The notes beneath the pieces are model-generated. The model saw only the letters and a program-made list of their open reading frames with translations. It was not told where the DNA came from and did no database searches. A program made the translations under genes and the position numbers. 64,000 nucleotides of DNA from Barthelona sp. PCE (taxonomy: Eukaryota): contig JAUFOR010000008.1 in assembly GCA_040285745.1 (NCBI GenBank), positions 62,001 through 126,000 of the forward strand, in the 5' to 3' direction. This document shows positions 28,158-37,213 of the stretch, in pieces. Positions within the stretch are counted from its first letter, which is position 1. Each line of letters opens with the position of its first letter.

Positions 28158-30467
28158 CTTGTCATGGTTCCTCAATGTTTTCTGTCAAGTATACCGATGC
28201 TTCTTCGTCGAGGTGGGAAGTTCCTAGAATGTATGAGTCAGAAGCCGCCGAGGCAGACTCTCATATTACAATCGACATTACTGATTCTCCTTTTTGTTTT
28301 GTTGTTAAGAATGGCCATAATAGGGTTCTTGACACGTGTTACAACACTGTTGAGGATTCCCTTTTGTTCTATGATGAGCATATCCGCTTAACAACGCATC
28401 TCACCGATGAAGAAACACTGTATGGTCTTGGTCAACGTAATTTTGATCTTGCTCTTGAGAAGGGCATTGCATATCGCCTTCTTGCATCTGATGCCGATGG
28501 ATGTACCTTTAACCCACAGAGGAGTTGTTACGGTACTCATCCTATTGCTTTTGTTGCTTCCAACAGCCAGCATCGTGCTATTCTCTTCCGCAACTCAAAT
28601 GCTGCCCAAGCAAACTACACTGATGATGATCGTCTCATCTGGGAAAGCAGCGGTGGCATTTTACACTTTGATGTGTTTTTTGCTAATTCGTTCTTTGAAG
28701 TCACTGAACTTTACCGTAACAAAGTTTCAACCGGAAAGACCCCCGATGCCCTTCCATTCTGGTTGCTTGGCTGGCAGCAATCCCGATGGGGTTACAACTC
28801 GTTGGATGATGTCAAGCGTATGGTGAACACGTACAAGAAGTTGAGAATGCCACTTGACGTTGTTTACTTCGATATTGATCTGTTTGACGAGTATAAAGAC
28901 TTCACATTAGGCCCTTCATTCCCCCGTGAAGCAACCCAGGCCTTCATTGCCGATCTTCAAAGCCGTAACATCAAGATTGCAGTTATTGTCGACCCGGGAT
29001 TGGCAATCAATAATACTTATTCTCCTTACACAGAGTTGAAGGATTCAGGTCTGTACTTGAAGAAGCCTGACGGTTCCCCGTTCATTGGGTCTGTTTGGCC
29101 TGGTGATGTTCTCTTCCCTTCATTTTCAGGTGATACCAGTATTATTGATGTGTGGGCCAAGATGCTTGATGATTGGCATAAGCTTTTCGCTTATGACCTA
29201 TTGTGGACCGATATGAACGAAGTTTCAAGTCGTACTCATATGGACAAGACATGCCCTGCTGTTTACAAGCCAGGTGATCGTGATTGCCCGATGTTTATTC
29301 CCGAAAATACTCCGTCTCTCGCGCAACACACTGTGAGCATGAACGTTACTGATACCGATGGTACAACGATGTTCAATCTGCGCAACTTGTATGGTCGTGA
29401 AGAAAACCGAGTTACACGTGCTGCTCTTAACAAGATCTTACCTGATCAGCGTGTGCCAACAATTACTCGCTCTTCGTTCCCTGGAAGTGGTCGATCGACT
29501 TACGCATGGTTAGGCGACAATTTCGCAAGCGAGCTCTCGCTCAGAGCAACTATTGGTCAGCATCAGGCACATCAGCTTTTCGGAATTGACGTCACAGGTG
29601 CCGATCTTTCAGGATATCACGGCTTGTCTTCTGTTGATCTCAACTGTCGTTGGATGGAGCTTGGTACATTCCTCACTTTCTCACGCAACCATAAGGCAAA
29701 AGCCTTCCCTTTCCAGCCCCCGTATTACAACGGTCTTGTTAAGGATGTTTCTATCGCCGCAATTAACCTTAAGTATGAATTATCGCGTGTCATGTATTCA
29801 CACTTAATGTTGCGCAAGGGTCTTACTATGCAACCTCTTGTATACCACTGGGATTCTATTGCTGATTACCGTCGCGTCAGCGATCAGTTTGTTTTCTGTG
29901 ATTCCATCATGGTATGCCCTGTCGTTGTTGAGAATGCAACGACAAAGGAATGTCTACTTCCCAAGGAGGAGAGCTGGTTTGAATTCCGTACCGGTTTCGC
30001 AGTCGCTTCTGGTCGTAACACATACCCTGCTCCTCATGGATATGTTAACATGTTCTTGCGTGATGGTGCCATTATGCCCCTTCACTCTCCACGTTTGACA
30101 ATAACCGAAGCTGGTGAGACTGATGTTACACTCGTTGTTGTTCGTCCAGTCATGCGAGATAATGTTCGTTTCGAAGCCTTCTTCGATGATGGTCTTTCCC
30201 GTGATCTGAACGCTAACATCACTAGTACTTTTATTAACACTCCTAAGGGATTCTCTTATGAAGTTACGAATAAGAATTACGAACTGAACACTCACGTAGC
30301 TACTGTTCGTGTTACCAATGTGAGGGATAATACATATTTGTGTATTGGAACCAACACAATCCACCCTACTTCTAGTATCCATGGTGGATTCCTTGAATAT
30401 CAGCTTGACATGCCTCTCACAGAGGATTTCGAGGTGTTATACTGCTAATAAAATTGTTTTCTTGTAC

Positions 30468-31544
30468 TCAGTTGAAATTTATGGAATGAGAACGAGATCT
30501 GGATGTGGGTGGGAGACCTGCACGTGAAGGACCTCCGAAGAGGGACACAGGAGAGTCTGTTGGAGTGGGAATCAATTCCTCAAAGATGAGCACTTCTTCT
30601 TCAACCTCGATCTCTATGAAATCATGAATCTCAATCGCATCATTCATTCCAATCGTCGAAGCCTCACTGGGACTATATACACTGAATTCTTCATTTTCAA
30701 ATGACAGCGATGGTGTCACAGCAATCCGCTCATGAATGTGTGGTGTTGATGCTGCAATCAATTGATCTATAACCAGCGTGGACTCAGATGCGTCCGCTGT
30801 TGGTGTTGGTGGAGGCGTATACATACGTCTAAACGTGGAAGAGGTTAGCGCTGGGGGTTTAACCGCTGGTGTTTCGATTCTTGGCTTCTCGAACACCGGT
30901 TCATCTTCAAAAAACGTTGCCTCACCCTCAGAAATTGTAAATATCTCTCCTTTATCGCGTCTTTGAACTGCCCAAGGTGAGAAAAAAAAAACTAAAACTA
31001 AGAACCAAATGCACAAGGGCAATAGGTACCATGGCACAGTCGATTCCACACGAGTTACCACATATGTCATTATCAATAGTACATTGATAATAACGAAAAC
31101 AATTATATTAACCCATAAAATCCGCGGTTCTCTTTTTTTCTCACGCTCGTACGTCCAAAATACAAGGTAAAGTATTAAAAACACACCAATCGGATACATG
31201 ATCCATGGGAATCCACCCGTTAGTCCGTAAACAACACTTACTATTGTGACTGCTAATATGAAAAGTACAGTTACAACTGCTATTCTCTCTGTTGTGCGTT
31301 CTCCATCCCAGAATCCAAGCACAAGTTCTTCATTCATCTGTGGAGATGCTGACATTGATTCTGTAATTGGAACAGAAAAATGAAGAGAGGATCCGTGAAT
31401 ACCTGGCGTGCCTGGTGGAGGAGTTGTAAGCAATATAACACTTGCAGGCACGTTTTCAGGTGTTGCAGCCTCATTTTCAAAGCTTGATATCGATGCATCA
31501 GACGCAGATGAGTATATCTCGACACTCGCTTGTGAATAAGACAT
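30468..31544 (-). CDS. Membrane protein with tandem 2TM-like hairpins and S/T/E-rich tails
   Basis: Two TM pairs ending FPWIMYP and VPWYLLP..W. Confidence 0.55.
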   Translation of the reverse strand: MSYSQASVEIYSSASDASISSFENEAATPENVPASVILLTTPPPGTPGIHGSSLHFSVPITESMSASPQMNEELVLGFWDGERTTERIAVVTVLFILAVTIVSVVYGLTGGFPWIMYPIGVFLILYLVFWTYEREKKREPRILWVNIIVFVIINVLLIMTYVVTRVESTVPWYLLPLCIWFLVLVFFFSPWAVQRRDKGEIFTISEGEATFFEDEPVFEKPRIETPAVKPPALTSSTFRRMYTPPPTPTADASESTLVIDQLIAASTPHIHERIAVTPSLSFENEEFSVYSPSEASTIGMNDAIEIHDFIEIEVEEEVLIFEELIPTPTDSPVSLFGGPSRAGLPPTSRSRSHSINFN

Positions 31545-31677
31545 TTATGGAAGAAAAAGAAGCCCTACAAAGTAAATAAACCCCACAAAATGCATTTTCA
31601 CGTGCATTTATTGTGAAAAAGGAAGAAATTAGTATTGTAAACTCAATTTTCACCCGTTTCGAATTTTTTTCTAAGCA

Positions 31678-32355
31678 ATGACTGAAGAGGCAGTACAGAT
31701 GCATCGTTTGAACACTCCCATCAATCAGAGGGATCCAGGATCATATGTTGTGCGCATTTTATTGCAGGAACTTCGTTCTTACTATTCAGCGCCAATTTCA
31801 GGCGTTTATTTGTTGCCAAACAAAGATGATGTACTTCAGTGGGATGGATTAATGGTCTGTCGTGAAGGACTTTATTCTGGAGGTTTTTTCTGTTTCACAA
31901 TAACGTTTCCTGTGGAATATCCGTCGACAACATTCACTGTTCACTTCAAAACGCGCGTTTTCCATCCGCTTGTTGATACAGATGATGGTCGCTTCAATTT
32001 CCTAGGTTGTGAAAGTTTCCGCAACTGGAACCCCGATACTTTTCATGTTTTTGACCTTTGCAGGCACATGAAGGAAGCATTTGCAGACGTCTCTATTGTT
32101 GACGATAACTTTGTGGCGAACAAGGCATCTTTTTCATTGTTTCAAGACGATCGTCCATCATTTTCTTCAATAGCACGAACAACAAGTGATGAGTCGAAGG
32201 ACCAGATGTACGACGTTGATAGTCTCTTTGCGTTTAAGATGATCCCACAAAAAGATGTGTCCAAGCTTCGTCGTGTTCTTCGTCGTGGTTGCAATCCTGA
32301 CTCGACATTGCAAGTTCAAGACACACTTACCACATTATTCAACACATTTAAGTAA
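31678..32355 (+). CDS. AKTIP/Ft1-like inactive ubiquitin-conjugating enzyme variant
   Basis: GVYLLP, WDGLMVCREGLYSGGFF.FTI.FP..YP, VFHPLVD; no Cys at the usual E2 position. Confidence 0.75.
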   Translation: MTEEAVQMHRLNTPINQRDPGSYVVRILLQELRSYYSAPISGVYLLPNKDDVLQWDGLMVCREGLYSGGFFCFTITFPVEYPSTTFTVHFKTRVFHPLVDTDDGRFNFLGCESFRNWNPDTFHVFDLCRHMKEAFADVSIVDDNFVANKASFSLFQDDRPSFSSIARTTSDESKDQMYDVDSLFAFKMIPQKDVSKLRRVLRRGCNPDSTLQVQDTLTTLFNTFK

Positions 32356-32360
32356 TTTAC

Positions 32361-33401
32361 TTACAGCTTTTCCCACTTCTTAGGGGTCATAGGGGGTGTT
32401 TCTCCAATAACAACATGTTCACTGGGTGGAGCAAAGTTTCGTCTTTGAGTCCTCTCTGGCGTGAACATCAGAACTGTATTGTTACTGCACGTTACGACAC
32501 ATCTATTGGGTGTCCAATGTAAACTGTACGCGGCACCATCAAGTAAATGGTGCCATATGCTCTCTCCCTTTGTATCCACAATTTGCAATGTTTTGTTCGA
32601 TGACCCGGCAATCATGACCGCCCCGCTGATCGAAGGGCTCACCTGACAACAATAAAGTTGATGGGCTGGGGGTTCGTTGGGAATGGGAATATTCGTGGGT
32701 GACTCGTTGGCAAGGTTCCACGCTTGAAGCTGATTACGGGTACGCCACGATCCGGTGACGACTACGTCTGCTGATAGGAAGTCGATGGAATCACCGCAGA
32801 TATGGGCACCAAACATACCGTGAACAACTTCACCGCTTTCAATGTCCCACACATACAAACAGTCATCCCAACCACCAGAAACAATAGTATTCGGGTCATA
32901 GGGGCTGAATCGTAAGGAGAAAATGCGGTTAGAATGCCCTGGCGTATCAGTAAGAAACCCTCTAGTTAGCTCTATCATCTTCTCCTTTGTGCGTTCGTTA
33001 TAAACTCTAATAACATGATCCTTACCAGCAGTTGCGAAACGGGTGCCGTCGGCAGTGTAATCAATCGCAAAAATCTGATTGTCCTTCTCATTATGCTGAT
33101 AAATAGCTTGACGAGATGTGGTGTGCCACTGACATACAGTTCCGTCAGCATAACCTGCTGTGAGAATGGATTTTGTGCGGAAATTCTCATTGTCAGGGCG
33201 CCACCGGATCGCAGTACACGGAACGCCAAGACCCAAATCAAGAGTGCTTAATAAGGTCCCTGATTGTGTTCTGAAGATGAGGATGTTGCCATTCTCAATA
33301 CCCACTGCAAGTTGTTCATTGTCAGGTGAAAAGCGGGCAACATAGGGAGTTGCGGGTGTATCAATCGTTCGTTGAAGTTTAAGGTTGAATGCAAGTGTCA
33401 T
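32361..33401 (-). CDS. WD40-repeat protein
   Basis: FATAGKDHVIRVY, GHSNRIFSLRF, VSGGWDDCLYVWD. Confidence 0.85.
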   Translation of the reverse strand: MTLAFNLKLQRTIDTPATPYVARFSPDNEQLAVGIENGNILIFRTQSGTLLSTLDLGLGVPCTAIRWRPDNENFRTKSILTAGYADGTVCQWHTTSRQAIYQHNEKDNQIFAIDYTADGTRFATAGKDHVIRVYNERTKEKMIELTRGFLTDTPGHSNRIFSLRFSPYDPNTIVSGGWDDCLYVWDIESGEVVHGMFGAHICGDSIDFLSADVVVTGSWRTRNQLQAWNLANESPTNIPIPNEPPAHQLYCCQVSPSISGAVMIAGSSNKTLQIVDTKGESIWHHLLDGAAYSLHWTPNRCVVTCSNNTVLMFTPERTQRRNFAPPSEHVVIGETPPMTPKKWEKL

Positions 33402-33429
33402 TTTAATTGCAGGATTAGTTTTGGTAAAG

Positions 33430-33724
33430 TAAACTGCTGCACTGGGGTGAAAGAGGTTATTATATGGAAATCAACAGTACTGTTGGAAAAAGTTTCAATT
33501 CATTGATTTTGTTGCTAATGGTCTTTGTTGTGGCATCTATTTTTGATTGCAACCTCCTAAAATCAATAAAAAAGGTTAAAAAAAGCATTTCTATTACAAA
33601 ACAGCATAAATGGTTAAATCAAGCCTTCTGTGGTATGTAAAGTGAACAGAATCATCATAGAGGAGGACTTCAACATTCTAAAACTGCATAATGTGACCAA
33701 TTCTTCCATCGTAGCAGCAGTTTA
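33430..33724. ncRNA. Candidate structured ncRNA (~295 nt) closed by a long terminal helix
   Basis: taaactgctgc (33430-33440) pairs with gcagcagttta (33714-33724) and the helix extends inward; internal hairpins; family not identified. Confidence 0.4.
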
Positions 33725-33846
33725 TAAAAACTGTTTTGTATGACTCAAAGTACAAATTTCATTGCAAAAACCAGTAAAGATCCAGTTTAACCGTATCAAT
33801 ATCAAAAAATACTTGATAAACGATTTTTGCTCTTTTCCAACTCGAT

Positions 33847-35475
33847 ATGAACGATGTCGTAAGGTTATTTATTGTGGTAGCGGCCTTACTAGGGACATGT
33901 GTCGCAGGAGTCCCATCATGGAGCTCCCAAATGCGTGGGGAATGGGATAAGATTTCTCTTGTTAACGATACTTTCAAACATAGCACATTTAAGACCAGCA
34001 CAGAAAGGATACCAAAAGGTTGGGGTGTGGGTGTATTATCAGACTGGAAGTGGAAGAATATGACAGCGTTTTCTCCAGATTTGATCTACTCAGATCTTTC
34101 AATAACATTGAGAAACGGCAAATATGTCGGTAGCGAAAGCACGTCGCTCATTGTGTCGGGTCTTGTGAATGTATCCACAGGGTTGGGTGTTTATATCTCA
34201 GCAACATCAGGTATCGGTCTCCCCTTTATTAATTACAACCGAATGACCGAAAAACTTAACACATCTGGCCTCGAACCAAGCTTATTTAACGAATTCTTCT
34301 TTAATATGAGTACATCAGTACAGTTTGGGTATTCAAGTCTTTCTTTTAGTGACATGTGTCCTGGAGTTATAGTCATTCAGTTTAACAAAACCGCATTGCA
34401 ACTTCCACTGACAGATTTGGCTTACGGAGACGTGGTTGGAGATGGTTACATTATGCCTTTCGCATGCGGAGAGCTTTCTTTGAACTTTACATTGGCTCGC
34501 TTCAATAGACAACCGCTATTAGATGAGGTTAGGCGGTTCTCTCTCATTGACGGCGCGTTTCTCATAATATACGGCTTTCTAATGGCTTCTTACTTGGACA
34601 AACTAGACGATATTCCAGGCGGTTTTCGACTCATTCCATTTTCGACTTTCTTCATGCTAGGGGTTCTTGATTTGTTTTATGCGATCGCAAACGTTCTGAC
34701 AAGTATATATTTTGTTAGGCCCCTTTCAAACTCACTTTTTGTAGGTGGATTGATTGGAATAATGACTGTATATATGATGTATAGACCAGTGATGCGTGCA
34801 GATCAGTATATAGAACGTAGAAACAGGCGGAATAGACAGCAGACTACACGCAGAGACGGAGGATTACTGATTCTTTATGATGAAGATACTCCAGGCAATA
34901 ATGTTCAAAATCTTCGTGCTGTAGCACCCAGATCTTCAGTAACAATGCTGCGAAACATTTTCTTTTTCCTTGTTTTCATCGCTGTGCCGATAATGAATCT
35001 TTTTGATTTAGGTTTTGTGCTTGCCCAGCTCTTTTGGGTACCACTTGTTTATTACAAGATTAAGAAGCAGAGTTTTTTCATTTTTCGCTCATTCATGGTT
35101 CTGGTATCTATATTCAAATCAAGTATTTCAGCATATTTTTTCTTATATGAAGGTAACGTACTTGAATTAGAAAGGAACTCATTGTACGGTTACAGTTGCA
35201 TAATTTTCATTTGGATTCCATGTATTCTTGTTCTTGCGTGGGATAAGATGTTTGGTGAGAGGAAATCAAAGACAAAATCAGATTTCCTGGATATTCACGA
35301 ACACATTGAGAAGGAGAGCAAATGTCCCATTTGTTTCTTGGAGTTAAACCCCGAACAAGGCGACGTGGTGGTCACAGTTTGTAATCATGTGTTCCATAGA
35401 CGTTGTCTACATAGTTGGATTGAAAAGAAACCAGAATGTCCAATTTGTCGCGAAGAAATCGACTTTAGAATATGA
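33847..35475 (+). CDS. Multi-pass membrane RING-H2 E3 ligase (Tul1-like architecture)
   Basis: Signal peptide, lumenal domain, about 7 TMs, C-terminal CPIC...CNHVFH..CL..W.....CPICR. Confidence 0.8.
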   Translation: MNDVVRLFIVVAALLGTCVAGVPSWSSQMRGEWDKISLVNDTFKHSTFKTSTERIPKGWGVGVLSDWKWKNMTAFSPDLIYSDLSITLRNGKYVGSESTSLIVSGLVNVSTGLGVYISATSGIGLPFINYNRMTEKLNTSGLEPSLFNEFFFNMSTSVQFGYSSLSFSDMCPGVIVIQFNKTALQLPLTDLAYGDVVGDGYIMPFACGELSLNFTLARFNRQPLLDEVRRFSLIDGAFLIIYGFLMASYLDKLDDIPGGFRLIPFSTFFMLGVLDLFYAIANVLTSIYFVRPLSNSLFVGGLIGIMTVYMMYRPVMRADQYIERRNRRNRQQTTRRDGGLLILYDEDTPGNNVQNLRAVAPRSSVTMLRNIFFFLVFIAVPIMNLFDLGFVLAQLFWVPLVYYKIKKQSFFIFRSFMVLVSIFKSSISAYFFLYEGNVLELERNSLYGYSCIIFIWIPCILVLAWDKMFGERKSKTKSDFLDIHEHIEKESKCPICFLELNPEQGDVVVTVCNHVFHRRCLHSWIEKKPECPICREEIDFRI

Positions 35476-35691
35476 TAGTTTTTGTTATTGTATATAGTTT
35501 GCACACAATTGTGATTTAATAAATGTTATTCATGTTGGAATTGCAGAATAGTGATATGGCATTTACTTCATAATTATGGTATTTTTTTCTCATAATAGAT
35601 CATACAATGGTTCTAACGTGTTGTTGTACACTATAATTGAACTTTTGTTTTGTTTATCCTTATTTACACTCTTCCAAACATTTAATTTTAA

Positions 35692-35898
35692 ATGAATACC
35701 TCAGTACAGGACATATTGGAGCAAAAAGCGTTCGTTGAGCGAACAGAAGATTTCGAAAATGAACATGAGGGTTATCTTAACAGGCATCCAGAATTACAAA
35801 CGATTGTAAGCGATTTTATATGTGAAATCCTTATTCACAAGCCCGAGGATGTCTTTGCATTTGCTTCTTCATATTATAGCAAGTTCGAATCGCGATAA
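35692..35898 (+). CDS. Small RIIa/Dpy-30-type docking-domain protein (RIIAD1/CATIP-C-like)
   Basis: YLNRHPEL..IVSDF...IL..KPEDVFAFA..YY. Confidence 0.7.
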   Translation: MNTSVQDILEQKAFVERTEDFENEHEGYLNRHPELQTIVSDFICEILIHKPEDVFAFASSYYSKFESR

Positions 35899-35919
35899 AT
35901 ATGTTTGGTCATTCATTTT

Positions 35920-36753
35920 TTATTCAGTTTCTGCCTCTGAATCAGTCTCTGCCTCAAAGTCATCCTTGAATATGTCTAAGTCTGCGTTCTCAATATACTG
36001 TATCTCGTTTGCAATATTAGCTATGTGTTCATCAATGGATTCAACGCAAGCTCGCACGTTTTCCTCTGAATTTAAAATGTACTTAACAAGATCAAAATCC
36101 TCCCTGGGATCCAAACCAACAAGGAAGCTGAGCAATGGTTCGGCATATAAATATTCTTTCTCACCATCATTATTCTCTTCGTATTCCCAAAAATTGATCT
36201 TTTTTGGATACACATTTTTCCATGCGTTGTCCTCAATGTTGTACGTGTCAAAGGTGAGCCCGTCCCTTACAGTCCTGAAGCGCATATCGTTGACAGCATA
36301 ATCTTCAGTGCCATTTGAAGGAGTAAAAGGATTTGTCTTAAGATAGTCACAATCTTGTACAACAAGAATTTGTTTTAGCTCACCGGTCTTAACGTACTCA
36401 ACATTTGGTCTAGTATGTGCGCCAAGTATAGTACTCTTTTCATTTAGTGTTGTAGCCATCATATCCACATGCGTAGGCAAGTAAAGTATTTTTGCACTGT
36501 ATGAAGTACCCAAAATGTCAACATCTGCTTCTGTTTTTGAGTTAAATTTGATCTGTACTGGTGCCTTGTTCGGTTCTTCTTCCAAAGCTTGGTTAATCCT
36601 TTTTGCATTTTCTGAAGAGCATCGAAAAACAAACTGAGACTCTGCTTTCTCGAAGGGAGGATCATTGACTGTATTGTTATGACGCCCATTACCCCCTAGT
36701 AAATCGTTTGTTAAAAAATCATCGCTGTAGTCTGAAAATAAGGCTTCCTCCAT
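35920..36753 (-). CDS. TAF7: TFIID subunit TAF7-like (TAFII55 N-terminal domain)
   Basis: ESQFVFR, YSAKILYLPT.V, YVKTGELKQILVV, DGLT. Confidence 0.7.
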   Translation of the reverse strand: MEEALFSDYSDDFLTNDLLGGNGRHNNTVNDPPFEKAESQFVFRCSSENAKRINQALEEEPNKAPVQIKFNSKTEADVDILGTSYSAKILYLPTHVDMMATTLNEKSTILGAHTRPNVEYVKTGELKQILVVQDCDYLKTNPFTPSNGTEDYAVNDMRFRTVRDGLTFDTYNIEDNAWKNVYPKKINFWEYEENNDGEKEYLYAEPLLSFLVGLDPREDFDLVKYILNSEENVRACVESIDEHIANIANEIQYIENADLDIFKDDFEAETDSEAETE

Positions 36754-37213
36754 GACTTGCCCCGATTTGCCCGTTTGCTTTTAGCTATTAAAGTACTTAA
36801 ATAAGCGGAAAGGGATATGATCCAGAAAGCAGTACCATATTTATGTTTCTGTGATTTGGATCTTCCTATTATGTCTCATCGCATGTGATATGCGACAAGG
36901 TGAGATAAAAAAATCATTTCTTTTTGACTTTAACGTAAACCTGCACTTATGTTTATGACAAAGGCATTTGAACATACATGTTGGTAAAAACCCTTAAATT
37001 ATAATATTGGATCGGTTTTAAATAACAAATGTAGCATATTTGGCATTTTGGCAGCAGGTCACAAGATATGTTAGCTTTTAAGGGATAATAATTATTTAGA
37101 CCCAAAATTTCTTTTAAAGGTTCATATAAGTGAACAAAAGCCCAAAGGAAAGTATCTTCAAGAATGGGATGTGTTTTCAGATTTTCTCCCGTTCTACTGT
37201 CTGTTATTCTATA

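Larger units (their letters stand above)
23856..30448 (+). pseudogene. GH31 alpha-glucosidase interrupted by a transposon (5' part 23856-24050, 3' part 28166-30448)
   Basis: Removing the element plus one TSD gives ...DIQPISKLMVNLTCH|GSSMFSVKYTDASSSRWEVP in frame; N-terminal signal peptide; catalytic WTDMNEV and WLGDN intact; WQQSRWGY, IVDPG, VWPG present. Confidence 0.92.

Noticed and set aside
28175-30448. 757-aa ORF as a complete stand-alone glucosidase, with 23805-24053 as a separate small gene
   Set aside because: They are two halves of one gene separated by the transposon
33633-33638. GTATGT donor-like site upstream of the RING ligase
   Set aside because: No matching acceptor, and the downstream gene already starts with ATG plus signal peptide
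36972-36977. GTATGT donor-like site on the minus strand upstream of TAF7
   Set aside because: No downstream branch point/AG with the spacing seen in the two supported introns; TAF7 has its own ATG
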